This document shows positions 26,515-39,458 of a stretch of DNA of 64,000 nucleotides, piece after piece (the first letter of the stretch is position 1; the number at the start of each line of letters is the position of its first letter). Location: positions 23,436,001 to 23,500,000 of the forward strand of contig OX597834.1 of the NCBI GenBank assembly GCA_951406725.2. The letters are read 5' to 3'. The position numbers were made by a program, and so were the translations under genes. Source of the DNA: Octopus vulgaris. Lineage: Eukaryota. The notes under the pieces are model-generated. The model was not told the origin of the DNA. It saw only the letters and a program-made list of their open reading frames with translations, and searched no databases.

Positions 26515-26954
26515 ATATAGATCAATATATATAGATCAATATGTCCATCTCCTATGTTTCTGCCCGAAGGCTTTTACATAATACATGACAGCTCAATTTG
26601 ATTCATCCTCAGTCAAAAACACCTGTTGTTATATTCTTGTTGTTTGTATTTTTAATTGTATACCATGTTCTCCATTTTATATCTTTGCTGTCACACACAT
26701 TCATAAGCTTTCTTACAAAAAATCTGATGCTCTTAGCTAAGACTTTTTGTGGAGCAACCAGATCGAACAGTCTCAAGTGTAACTGCTGAAACTGTAAGGA
26801 TATCTAGTAACTTGACTGATGAAAGAAAGCCACAAATGATCTGTCCTTTTTTTTCCTGTCCTTTTAATTGATGTTTTTCCTGTCCATTTGATTTATTGTC
26901 CTCTATTGCGTTTTTTGTTCCATTTTTTATATTTATATATACATATGTATATAT

Positions 26955-27179
26955 ATTGATAAAAATGGTAAGACAACAAAAGAATGAAAGCGACCTCGAT
27001 ACAATTTATCTGTAAATGTAATATGTGACAATTCTTCGGTAGCCATGATAAAACTTCCTAGCATTTTTTCCGATGGCTGGATAACTGAAGAGATGGTGGC
27101 GTGGATTTCCACCCCGGCATCCAAAGCTTGGAGTTTTATCATGGCTACCGAATAATTGTCACATATTACATTTACAGAT

Positions 27180-27180
<1 letters not shown>
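26955..27180 (+). mobile_element. Fold-back repeat with internal hammerhead (second copy 50176-50392)
   Basis: Inverted about 49-bp arms. gataa CTGAAGA..helix II..(G)AAA ctc.gag TT ttatc reconstructed from the two copies. Confidence 0.7.
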
Positions 27181-27212
<32 letters not shown>

Positions 27213-27302
27213 CATAAATATAAGAGAGTGACCACCATGTGGTCTACTCTAGCACTAAAAATAGATAGTAGACCACATGGTGGTCACGCTCTTATATTTA
27301 TG
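27213..27302. repeat. Hairpin with 36-bp arms and 18-nt loop
   Basis: cataaatataagagagtgaccaccatgtggtctact / agtagaccacatggtggtcacgctcttatatttatg, 1 mismatch. Confidence 0.9.
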
Positions 27303-27404
27303 CATAAAATGTGTCGTAATCCGGGTTTTTTATGCACTAAGCCACTTGGTGGTAAATGGATGTGCTATTAAATTAGTACCCAATTTTCTCACCCTTATCG
27401 GTTG

Positions 27405-27451
<47 letters not shown>

Positions 27452-27493
27452 CAATAATAATTCTCTAAAAGGGATATAGACAGTAACTGCTCG

Positions 27494-27728
27494 ATAACAT
27501 AAGGGACTAAAGCCATCTGAATATGGCTAGGGACAGGGCAGGGTGGTGGGGGTGTTACTGTTGCATTTAGCCCCAGGCGAACATCGACGTCACCAGAAAG
27601 GCTCGACACCGTGACGGTGTCGAGCCTTTCTGGTGACGTCGATGTTCGCCTGGGGCTAAATGCAACAGTAACACCCCCACCACCCTGCCCTGTCCCTAGC
27701 CATATTCAGATGGCTTTAGTCCCTTATG

Positions 27729-27732
<4 letters not shown>
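27494..27732. repeat. Perfect palindrome with 119-bp arms between (TA)n tracts
   Basis: Centre G at 27613. ORF-track entries 27373..27609(-) and 27611..27817(+) give the same peptide. Confidence 0.95.
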
Positions 27733-27776
<44 letters not shown>

Positions 27777-29430
27777 TAAAACAGTTTGAATCAAACTGTT
27801 TAGATCTATACATGTAATGCCCAATAGATGTGTTGAGTGCCCTTCTTTAAACAATTGAAAGATGCTTTCCAGATGCCAGGCACAGGGTGCCATTTACACA
27901 CACACACACACTGCTTTTCTACAAGGAAACTATTTTCCTTGTTGAACCACAAATAAAAAATATTTATCCACCAATGCAGTGTTGAGCACACATTCTCACT
28001 GTGCAGTAATAGCATTATATATGTATGTATACATACATGTGTATTATGTGTATGTGTGTGTGTATACACACACACACACATACACACAATACATAAATAT
28101 AGATATATGCATATACATACATACATACATACATATATATATATATATATCAATCTATCTATCTGTCTGTCTGTCTGTCTATCTATTTATCCATCTATAT
28201 ACATATATACACACACATATATATATTTGTATATGTATATGAGCACATGTTGGGGAGTAGGGTTGGTCGGAGTGGTTTGGGTGGAAGTGGTAACAACCTG
28301 GAACATGAAATTCTATGTAGGACATGAAGTACATATGACATGAGGGCAGAGATTTATATGACTGATATTGTTTTAGCAGAGTGGCTAGGGTTAGATGTAA
28401 GAGAGAGAGGAGAGGAGGGGGCAGGGTGAGAAAAAAAGGTTAGAAAAGGGCTGAAGGAGAGAGGGAAAGAGAGAGAGAGAGAACATCATGCTTCTCCACC
28501 CTGTTTCCTCTACATCTGAAATTGAAGATGGCATTGTTTGGAATTGTAAAGGAGTTCTGCTACAACTGCTGCTGCTGCTGTTGGTGGTGGTGGTAGACTT
28601 GTTGATGCTGGTGGTTGGGAATATTTGGGTAGATTTAATATTCCAGTCAGACATCCTAGATGTTAATAGAAACATAATCTTTTTCTTATTTCGATACAAG
28701 GTCAGCAGTTTTGACGGGGTGGGGGTGGGGGAAGGGAAAGTCAATTTACATCAACATCCCCCCCCACCTCTCCAGTGTTCAGGTGGTCTACACTTTGTCA
28801 ACTCTGGTAGGATGGAAGGCAAAGTTGACTTCAGTGAAATTTGAACTCAGAACACAGCGATGAGGAAAAATGTCACCAAGCATCTTGCCATGCATGCTAA
28901 CAATTCTGCCAGTTCACCTATTATAGAAGATTAAGACTAACTTTACCCTTCATCCTTCTGGGGTTGATAAAACAATGTACCAGTGGCACCGGGGTAAATA
29001 TGGCACTGGGGTAAATTTAATATTCCTATAAAGTATCCTAGATGTCAACTGAATTATAATCGAAGATTTAGTTTCTCTTCCATACTAACTTCAGCTTTCA
29101 TCTATTCGGGGTGGGTGGGTGATAAAATAAAGTACCAGTGAAAAATACTGGGGTTGATTTAGAATTCTTAAAAACATCCACATGTGAATGGTATCATAGC
29201 AGGAGACTAAGAATGAGATTAAAATGGATGACATCTGGTTAAATCTGCAAAATATAAGTTAGTAAAAGTTACTAACTAAAGGAAACTTGTTTAAATTAGG
29301 TCAGAAAATGTTGGAAGATGTTAAAAGCTGGTGTCTGGAGCTAGGCCAGAGTAAACTGGTTTCTAAAAATATTATTCTAACTAAAGATAACAGCATGAAG
29401 GCAAGTAGTGGCTTCCTGATTTATTACTAC

Positions 29431-29468
<38 letters not shown>

Positions 29469-30183
29469 GTAGTAGTAGTAGTAGTAGTAGTAGTATGTTA
29501 ATATAAGTTTTGCAAGAGTAAATACTCTCCTTATTTTAAACAGTATTATATGTTTAAATGTTGTGAGTTTGTTTATATCTATGCATTTATATGGGTAGAT
29601 ATAAATCATTGGATACATACATACATACACACACACATATGTATGTAAATACATGTATGCATATGCTTATATATTATATATATATGTATATATTCTTTTA
29701 TTCTTTTCAATCATTTGACCGCAGCTATGCAGCACCACTACCATAAAAGGTTAAAGTTGAAGAAATCAACCGCAGGACTTATTCTTTGTAAACCTTGGGA
29801 GTGGATTTGATAAATGGAAACTGAAAGAAACCCATGATATATATGTGTGTGTTATATACATATGTGCTGGTGGCACATAAAAAGCACCATCTGAACGTGG
29901 CCGATACCAGTGCCGTCTTGATTGGCTTCCATGCCAGTGACACGTAAAAAGCACCAACCGATCATGGCTGATGCCAGCCTCTTCTGGCCCCTGTGCCGGT
30001 GGCACGTATAAAACACCCACTACACTCACGGAGTGGTTGGCGTTAGGAAGGGCATCCAGCTGTAGGAACACTGCCAGATCAGACTGGAGCCTGGTGCAAC
30101 CTCCTGGCTTCCTAGACCTAGGTCGAACCACCCAACCCATGCTAGCATGGAAAACGAATGTTAAACGATGATGATGATGATGA

Positions 30184-30270
<87 letters not shown>

Positions 30271-30272
30271 TG

Positions 30273-30303
<31 letters not shown>

Positions 30304-30898
30304 CTTTGTGACTGTTTATCCCTCCACCACTGCTTGACAACTGGTGTTGGTATATTTGTGTCCCTGTAACTTAGCAGGTTGGCAAGAGCGATCGATACAA
30401 TAAATACCAGGTTTAAAAACTAAGTACTGGGATCAATTCATTCAACTAAAAATTGAATTTTATTGAAAGCTGGCTTTTGGTCAATCCCATTATTGACAAT
30501 AAGTGGTTGGTCTTTATCAATATATCAATAAGTATATAAATGTAATTAACCGATGGACATTTTATTTGGTTAAATATTAATTAGTACTTAATTAATCTTA
30601 AGAACTATTATGATTATGATTACTTCTAAACGTTATGGCACTATCATTCCCTCTTTTTCTATTTCTAGACTAATTGGTGTATCCCGTTATGGTAAAGTAC
30701 TTATTTTATTCTTTTTATTATTTATACATCCTGTTACCCCTAAAGAAAGATTAACCCACCAGTTACTATTTCTACTTTAGCCATTTACTCAACGGTCTGA
30801 AGCGCTACACTGAAAAATGTTATGATTCAAATATATTAAGCTTTCATTTCTCTTCTCGGGGTTCTTCTTTTCTTTTCTTTTATTTTATGGATTTTTCG

Positions 30899-31201
30899 TC
30901 ACTCTGATGAAGCTCCATGTTCCAAATAAGATGTGTTACAAAGTGCTGGTGGCACGTAAAAAGCACCCACTACACTCATGGAGTGGTTGGTGTTAGGAAG
31001 GGCATCCAGCCGTGGAAACATTGCCAGATCAAACTGGGCCTGGTGCAGCCTTCTGGCTTCCCAGACCCCAGTTGAACCGTCCAACCCATGCTAGCATGGA
31101 AAGCGGACGCTAAACGATGATGATGATGATGATGATGATTATTCTCAGAATTTTCTTTGGCAACACTGTAGGACACTGGAAGCAGAAACGGCTGTTAGAT
31201 G
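30899..31201 (+). ncRNA. Hammerhead-like motif split by an RTE-tail insertion (30943-31139)
   Basis: CTGATGA A gctcca (30904) ... tggaagc a GAAAC GGCT GTT agatg (31185-31201). Confidence 0.5.
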
Positions 31202-31308
31202 GGATAAAGTTTTGTATTAAAAAAAAATAATTGATGTATCAGTTGTTGTTGATCAAGATTTCTCCATTTTCTGCCTAATTCAAATTTGATATATATATAT
31301 ATACATAT

Positions 31309-32025
31309 ACTAGCTGGTGTACCCGGTAATTCCTGGGGGTAAAGATGTTCCATTGAAATGTTTTATTACTTTGATATAAGAAAGTAATTTCATTATAACT
31401 GTCACAAAAGTATTTTCTGTCACGAAAAAATACAAAAACTGTCAGCTGGAGGAGGGAGAGATTGTTTAACGTTGGCGAGTAAGGTTGTCAGAGGTTGGCA
31501 AGAGAGGTCATTGGAGGTTAGCAACAGAGGTCATCGGAGGTTGTCTGGAGAGGCTGCTGGAGGTTGTCAAGAGAGGTTTTTGGAAGTTGGCGAGAGAGGT
31601 TGTCATTCACAGAAAAACTTGTTTTACCGTGAGAAAAGCGCTGTTGAAGTGTTAAGTGAAATTTGGCAATCGAGGATTGAATCTACACTATGCCTGCATG
31701 AATCTACTACAAATACATTGTGGAAAAAAAAAATTATCTGCTGTCATGGAGAAAGTGTAACTGTAAAAATGTAGAATTATTGGAGTAATGAGTATTCAAA
31801 AAAGTATGTATGTATAGAAATGTATGAATGAAATCTTTAATGTTTAAAATTCAAATTAAGGAAATGCAATAATAATGTTTAGCAGTTCAAAACTGTGAGT
31901 AGTGAAATGCAGAATTAGGTCGGCTGATCAGGAGAATCAAATATTGATAGCATTATTAAAACTGCAGGTGGTATGGGTTATTTCCCTTGGGTTGTTTAAA
32001 TAAAATATTAGTAATGTGTAGTAGA
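31309..32025 (-). mobile_element. Probable non-autonomous Helitron
   Basis: The minus-strand 3' end has a hairpin (CCCAGG..CCGGG) then CTAG|T at 31313-31309. Internal minisatellite 31470-31605. TC-starting AT-rich 5' end near 32025. Confidence 0.45.
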
Positions 32026-32589
32026 TAGGAGGATCCATTGGATGGGCCCTATTATCGATATTATCACAGCCTATGTCTCACTGCCATGTAGCTTAGCTGT
32101 TCATACACAATCTACCTTTCATTCTGAAGGAGTGGTCTTTTGATACTAACAGAGGTAGTAGCTCCCTGAATTTTGCCCAGCCTGTTCTTATTCTACACAC
32201 ATTGGTTCGTTCTGTAAATAATGAGTTTTTTCAATTACATGAACTAAAAGTCAGAGGGGGTAGGATAAACTACCTGTATCAACTTGCTATAAAAGCAGGT
32301 GGTAATTTTACCTTGTACTTATTCTTGGTGCAAATTTTGAAGAGTGCAGTTCGATTTTAACAGTTATTTTTTAAAAGTTATAATGGAAGTAACAAAGGAG
32401 CATATTCAGCATATTTTGCTTTATGAGTTTAATAAAGGCAACAAGTGCGAAGAATATTAATGCAGTATATGGAGATCAGACAATAGGCATAAGCCAGTAA
32501 TGCCATGATGGACCATGAAGTCTGGCGTAGCATGGTAAATTCCATTGTCTCGACCACGGTTGAACAATGATGATGATGATGATAAGCCA

Positions 32590-33508
32590 GTGTCAATGGT
32601 GGTGCCAGAAATTCCAAGCCAGAAACTACAGCCTAGAAGACAAGCCTCATCCTGGAACAAAATCCCATTGTAACTGTTGAGGAACCTGTAGAGAATCTTG
32701 GATTTGGTCATTCAACTATTCATCGACACCTGCATGCCATTGCAAAAGTAGGCAAATTGGATCAATGGGTTCCTCACAAACTTTCCGAGTCTAATTGTGC
32801 GCAGAGAGTAAACATGTGCTCTTCTTTGCTGTCACATCTCACAAATGAACCCTTTTTGGATTGATTAAGGATTGGTGACGAGAAATGGGTTCTCTATAAA
32901 AATGTCAAAGCACCGAAGAAAGTGGGCAGGGAAGGAGAAACACCAGCACCCCAGGCTAAAGAAGGTCTTCACCCACGTAAGATGTTGTTATCTGTTTGGT
33001 AGGATATGAAAGGTTGAGTCCACTTTAAACTTTTAAACCCAAACCAAACGATAACAAAGTAAGCAGCTTAAGTCAGCACCAGAAGAAAAACGACCATCTT
33101 TGGTTTCAAGACAAAAGATGTTCTTCCATCAGGATAATTCTTGGCCACATACAGCAAGGATGACATTCCAAAGGCTGGAGCAGTTTGAATGGAAAATGAT
33201 GTCCCACCCACCATATTCGCTGGACATTGCCCCATCTGATTATCATTTATTCTGCAGTCTTCAAAATCATTTGGATGGAAAAAATATGAATTCTGTAGAT
33301 GAGGTCAGAACAGTATTGGAGGGATATTTATCCTCTTGGGCAAGTGAATTTTGGAAAAGGGGATCTTGCAAGTCTACAAGATAGATGGAAGAGCATTGGA
33401 GAAAAGGAAGGAGAGTATGTTTTAGATTAAAAAATAACTTTATCTTAATTTTCAAAAAAAAAATTTAAAAAAATAAAAAAACTGCATTATTTATGGGATG
33501 ACCAAATA
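32590..33508 (+). mobile_element. Mariner (DD34D) transposase pseudogene with 3' TIR
   Basis: WVPHKL, GDEKW, HQDNSWPH, HPPYSLDIAPSDYHLF motifs with stops and frameshifts. Ends ..ttatgggatgaccaaata. Confidence 0.9.
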
Positions 33509-33802
33509 TGTGTGTGTGTGTTTTTGTGTGATGATGGTGATAATGGTGCTGTAGATTTAAGTTGACATTAATTAGAGACAAATGTGGTTGTGTTTATTAT
33601 CCAAACAATCATCATCTTTGTTTCATGAGTAATCGGCTGGTTGTATGTAGGAGCACATAGAAACATGTGATATATCATATATCATGTTTATATCACACAT
33701 ATGTATAAATATAAATGACAACCAACGTTATTTCTTCTTTTAAGTATAAGTTTGCAAGCTGAGTCAATGGAGAGGAGCTATATCTAGATAAATCTCCATA
33801 TA

Positions 33803-33887
<85 letters not shown>

Positions 33888-33916
33888 CATATATATATAT
33901 ACATATATATATATAC

Positions 33917-33985
<69 letters not shown>

Positions 33986-34860
33986 AGGCGCATGGCTCAG
34001 TGGTTAGAGCGTCGAGCTTACGATCGTGAGGTTGTGAGCTCGAATCCCGGACCGGGCTGCGTGTTGTGTTCTCGAGCAAGGCACTTTATTTCACGTTGCT
34101 CCAGTTCGCTCAGCTGTAGAAATGAGTTGCGACGTCACTGGTGCCAAGATGTATCGACCTTTGTCTTTCCCTTGGATAACACTGGTGGCGTGGAGAGGGG
34201 AGGCTGGTATGCATGGGCGACTGCTGGCCTTCCATAAACAACCTTGCCCGGACTTGTGTCTAGGAGGGTAACTTTCTAGGTGCAATCCCATGGTCATTCA
34301 TGACCGAAGGGGGTCTTTACCCCTTTTTATATATATATATATATATATATATACAGAGTATGCGTGTGTTTGTGTGTCTGTTTTTGTCCCTCCACCATCG
34401 CTTGACAACTGATGCTGGTGTGTTTATGTCCCTGTAACTTAGCGGTTCAGCAAAAGAGACTGATAGAATAAGTACTAGGCTTAGAAAGAATATGTCCTGG
34501 GTTCAGTTTGTTCAACTAAAAGCAGTGCCCCAGCAGGGCCGCAGTCAAATGACTGAAACAATCAAAAGAATATAAGAATATATCGAACCGTCAGCATAAA
34601 ATCAAACAACCACAACGATGTTACTTACTTTCTGTAGGTTTGTTGTCTTTCATTGCTTTACTGGGTTCCTTTTCATGAGTTCCCTGCTCAACCTTGAGCA
34701 TTATTGAGTTCTGGTATTCCTTGTTAGCCATTTAGCTGACCACGGAAACAGAGAGAGAGACGGGGATGAGGTACAGACTGGCTGATAAACAGACAGACTG
34801 AGGATGTTACAAATACCTGAAGAGACAACAAGAAGAGAACACATAAGAAAATGCATGTAT

Positions 34861-35231
34861 ACTGTTCTATATTTTAGAGATGAGGGATTCTGTACATTAT
34901 TTACATTTGACGGTTATTTGTCCTCATCTTGCTTGTTGTTACCACAACATTCCACCTGATTTACTCTCCAGCCTTCATCAGGTGTTCTGGTAGAATTTTG
35001 AACCCAGCCCCGGGTTCTCATTCCTAAGGTACTTCTTTTGCTGATGTTATTATTATTATTATTATTATTCAAGGCACTGCCTGGAACTGAACTCGGAATC
35101 TTGGGGTTAGTAGTCCGCGTTCTTAACCTTTATGCTATATGCCCTGATGAAGGCTGGAGAGTAAATCAGCCGAAATGTTGTGGTAACAACAAACAAGATG
35201 TGGACAAATAACTGTCAATTGTAAATAATGT
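34861..35231 (-). mobile_element. Second copy of the tRNA-head/hammerhead composite SINE
   Basis: Head about 35144-35070 (minus); tail 34981-34861; inverted tail 35144-35231 beginning at CTGATGA. Confidence 0.8.
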
Positions 35232-35435
35232 AATTAATATTTATGTATATAGCCATGTATGTATATATATATACATATGCAAACACTGGTATATACAAAT
35301 AAACATATTCTGTTTTTGCCTTTCGTTTGCATGATTCTAGATGTGAATTTGTGTGTTGAAACAAATTGTGTTGTGTATGGGGAAGATCATTACATGAATA
35401 ATAACACACACATTGGCTTAATATCACTTCTTTAA

Positions 35436-35656
35436 CCCTTTAGCATTTAAACCGGCCATATCCGGCCAAAAATATTCTACCTGTTTTATGTTCAAGCTGG
35501 CCAGATCTGGTCTCTCACACCAACCCTACAATATTGTTTTAAAAATTAACAGCTACCTCATCAAAATCTCATGGCTACAAGATGATGAATGATTAGTTCA
35601 AAACAATGTGAATGAAGAAGCATTAATTTTGGCAGAATAATGTGAACACTAAAGGG
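35436..35656. mobile_element. piggyBac-type MITE (inverted copy 38264-38485; degenerate copy about 39690-39912)
   Basis: TTAA|CCCTTTAG...CTAAAGGG|TTAA. Empty site visible in the duplicate at about 35925-35950. Confidence 0.9.
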
Positions 35657-36020
35657 TTAATGTTAGTCAATTAGTTGAATATCTAACCAACTAACTAATT
35701 GTTTGTTTGTTTAATGCACTTGTTAAACAATCAATCGGTTAGCTATTTAATCAATTGACTATAAAGAAGTGGTATTGAACCAGTGCATGTTTTAATATTG
35801 GCATAATTACCCTCCCAAGATACAAGATAAATATATATATATATATAAATTTGTGTGTTGAAACTAATTGTGTTGTGTATGGGGAAGGTCATTACATCAA
35901 TAATAACACACACATTGGCTCAATATCACTTCTTTAATGTTAGTCAATTAGTTACGGGCACATAAACACTGACATCAGCGGTCAAGTAATGGTGGGGAGA
36001 CATATATATATATATATATA

Positions 36021-36137
36021 TCACGTGGATGAGAAAGGCGCGATCCAGAGAGGAGTGGACAGCGTGCTGTGACCAGCGGTGTCAAATGGACGCCTGACGG
36101 ACTGGTCGGTCAAAGTGATCAGTGTGGTCAAAGTGAT
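36021..36137 (+). mobile_element. LINE 3' end in (TA)n
   Basis: TWMRKARSREEWTACCDQRCQMDA* (RTE-like C-terminus) with repeated ggtcaaagtgat tail. Confidence 0.6.
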
Positions 36138-36684
36138 ATATATATATATATGAGGGCACATAGCTTAGTAATTATAGTGTTACACTCACGATCACAAGAT
36201 CATGGCTTCAATTCCTAGATTGGGCGGTGCATTGTGTTCTTGAGCAAAACACTCCATTTCACATTGCTCTGCAATCACTTTGACACCTGACACATGATAC
36301 ACCTGTTCAGTGCACCTGTTCAGGCAATGTCGATTTGATGGAGGGAGTGGGCTAATATATGGCACATATATTTGATTCCTATAAACAAATCATTAGTGCA
36401 GGTTCGTTAGGCAAAAGTTGAACACTCATGTATTGTCTTCGACAGGGGAGTCCATCACAATCACACACACACATATATATATTCTTTTATTTTTTTTCTT
36501 ATTTGTTTCAGTCATTTGACTGCGGCCATACTGGAGCACAGCCTTTAGTCAAACAAATCGACCCTAGGACTTATTCTTTGTAAGCCTAGTACTTCTATCC
36601 ATCTCTTTTGCCGAACCACTAAGTTACGGGCACATAAACACTGACATCAGCTGTCAAGTAATGGTGGGGAGACATATATATATG

Positions 36685-36726
<42 letters not shown>

Positions 36727-36736
36727 CATATGTATG

Positions 36737-36783
<47 letters not shown>

Positions 36784-37718
36784 GTGTGGGTGGGTGTGGA
36801 TAGTGTTTGCTGTCATCTGATAGTGTCTTACATTCAAGAAAACTGTGAATATCATATTTATGTTGCAAAACACGACATAGAAAGAGAGAGAGAGAGAGAG
36901 AGAGAGCAAAAGGGAGAGAAAAAGAGACAATGAGAGAGAGAGAGAGTGAACTGCACTTGGTTGAACTGGTGGTATAGTGAATAATAGAGAGTAGCAGTGG
37001 GAGTAGTAGCAAACACTGACAACACCTCCTCCTCCGCTTTCTCCCTCCCACCACCTATTATATGTTGGTGTATCAATTCCAACTCATTTCTTTGCCTCAC
37101 CCACATCAAGAACCTCAAACTGCCTGAAACAGTAGCCAAATCTTTCTCGCATCACAGCCTGCTGTCTTAAATAAAAGAAGGACTCATAAGATATTCCAGT
37201 CCTTGCATGGAATATTCAGTTTTCTTGCTTTGCAACTAAAACCTTCTCTGTTTGGCCATCACTGGTTCACCGTTATCTCTTCTCTGCCCACTCTCTCTCT
37301 CCCTATGTATATAGTGTTGTTGTATCACTGCAGCTCAGTTCTGATGTGGGGGAAACCCATGGGCCTTGTTTCATCAGGTCCCTTCCCCTTGCCTAATTTC
37401 ATAAGACGTACTTGCTATAAAAACTAACAGAGATATTTCCAACCATGACCTTCAGTTCTATTTTTCCGGCCTGGAGTAAGGTGGGTGGCAAAATTTATCT
37501 AGGCTAATATTTGACCTTCTAAATTTTAAAATCAGGAGAGAGAGAGAGAGAGAGAGAGAGTGTGTGTGAGAGAGAGAGAGAGAGATACATCCATTCATCC
37601 ATCCATCCATACATACATACATACATACATGTATACATACATACATGTATATATATATATACACACACATATATATATGCACACACACATACATATAGAC
37701 ATATACACACACACTCAC

Positions 37719-37790
<72 letters not shown>

Positions 37791-37882
37791 CCTACATAGA
37801 TAGATAGATAAAGATAGAGAGATACATAGACAGACAGACAAATAGATAAAAGGAAAGCCAAACAGATTGGCTTATAGATAGA

Positions 37883-39230
37883 TACAGGGTGTTATGGCTA
37901 AATTTGCCGACTTTTTGTCTCCTTTTTCAGGAATATCTTGAAGTGTTGGCGAACAGGCAATGGTGTTTGAGAACATAAAGGTTAAAATTGTAGTTGAGAA
38001 AACGTTGGCTGACATGGAGGACTGGAAGCCATGTGAATATTGGCAAAGAGTTAGCTGTGTCATGATGATTTGCCCCACGTACCAAAATGCAACCATCATA
38101 ACTGCTACTCAATGCTCTGTAAAGACTGTGATGCACATAAGACAAGACATGGAGAGCTGCAATGGAGACTATGAAGCTGTGGCCAGCAGGAAGGCACATG
38201 GCAGGCATTCTGACTGCATCTGCACACTGGAGTACATCCCCACATCTTTGAACTGGACATTAACCCTTTAGTGTTTGCATTATTCTGCCAAAATTAATGC
38301 TTCTTCATCCATATTGTTTTGAATTAATCATTCATTAATCTTGTAGCTATGAGATTTTGATGAGGTAGCTGTTCATTTTTAAAACAATATTGTAGGGTTG
38401 GTGTGAGAGACCAGATCTGGCCTGTTTGAACATAAAACAGGCAGAATACTTTTGGCCGGATATGGCCGGTTTAAATGCTAAAGGGTTAAGTTCAATTCAG
38501 ATGGATAAGTGAAGCAGCTGGAGACTGTGGTCAATCCCTGGTTGGCAAGGGTTACTGTTGGAAGGTCATATGTGTGGCAGCAGGATTTGGCTCGTTGCCA
38601 TACCCCAAGAAAGAGTCATCAGAAGTAGTGGTTGGAGAATTCCTAGGACTTCACTAGCCCCAATTTCTGGTTTCCTAATCCCACCGATTGTAATCCCATG
38701 GATTAAAGATCAATGGAACCATTGAGTCAAGGACACCAACATCAAAGATCAATGGAAACTGCAGTCGTGAAACCTGTGCCGGTGGCACGTAAAAAGCACC
38801 ATCCGAACGTGGCCAATGCCAGTGCCACCTAGACTGGCTTCCATGCCAGTGGCATGTAAAAAGCACCAATCCGATCATGGCCGTTGCCAGCCTCACCTGG
38901 CATCTGTGCTGGTGGCTCATAAAAAGCACCCACTACACTCTCGGAGTGGTTGGCATTAGGAAGGGCATGCAGCTGTAGAAACACTGCCAGATCAGACTGG
39001 AGCCTGGCGCAGCCTTCTGGCTTCCCAGATCCCCGGTCGAACCATCCAACCCATGCTAGCATGGAGAACGGACGTTAAACGATGATGATGATGTGTGGAG
39101 CATGTTTGAGGACACCAATCACTCTGCCTGCAACACCAAAGCAGAGCTGGTGGCCAAGATGAAGGAGGTGTTTGGAGATCTTCCCAGGGACACAGTGAGG
39201 AAGACATGTGAGAGCTGTTTTGAGGATGGC
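37883..39230 (+). mobile_element. maT/DD37D remnant with nested piggyBac MITE and RTE 3' fragment
   Basis: SYVWQQD..NPMD|YVW motif split by 38706-39092. MITE at 38260-38489. Confidence 0.75.
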
Positions 39231-39238
39231 TACTTTAA

Positions 39239-39458
39239 CCCTTTCGTTACTGTATTTATTTTGAGATGCTTCATGTTTCTTTCAATTACTTTAAATGTAA
39301 CAAAGAATTTAGTAAAATAAGTTAGTTATTATTCAGCTAGTGTTAGGAACATAGATTGTGACTAAGGTTTATTGGAAGATTTTAATTCAAAACTTATGAA
39401 AACGAGACATTTGTGCTCAGAGCCAAAGCCGGTTTCAGCCGGGTTGGTATCAAAAGGG
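39239..39458. mobile_element. piggyBac-type MITE, second family
   Basis: TTAA|CCCTTT...AAAGGG|TTAA. Confidence 0.8.

Noticed and set aside
33983-34060. tRNA gene
   Set aside because: It is the head of a SINE that continues into a conserved body; same for the other tRNA-like heads.
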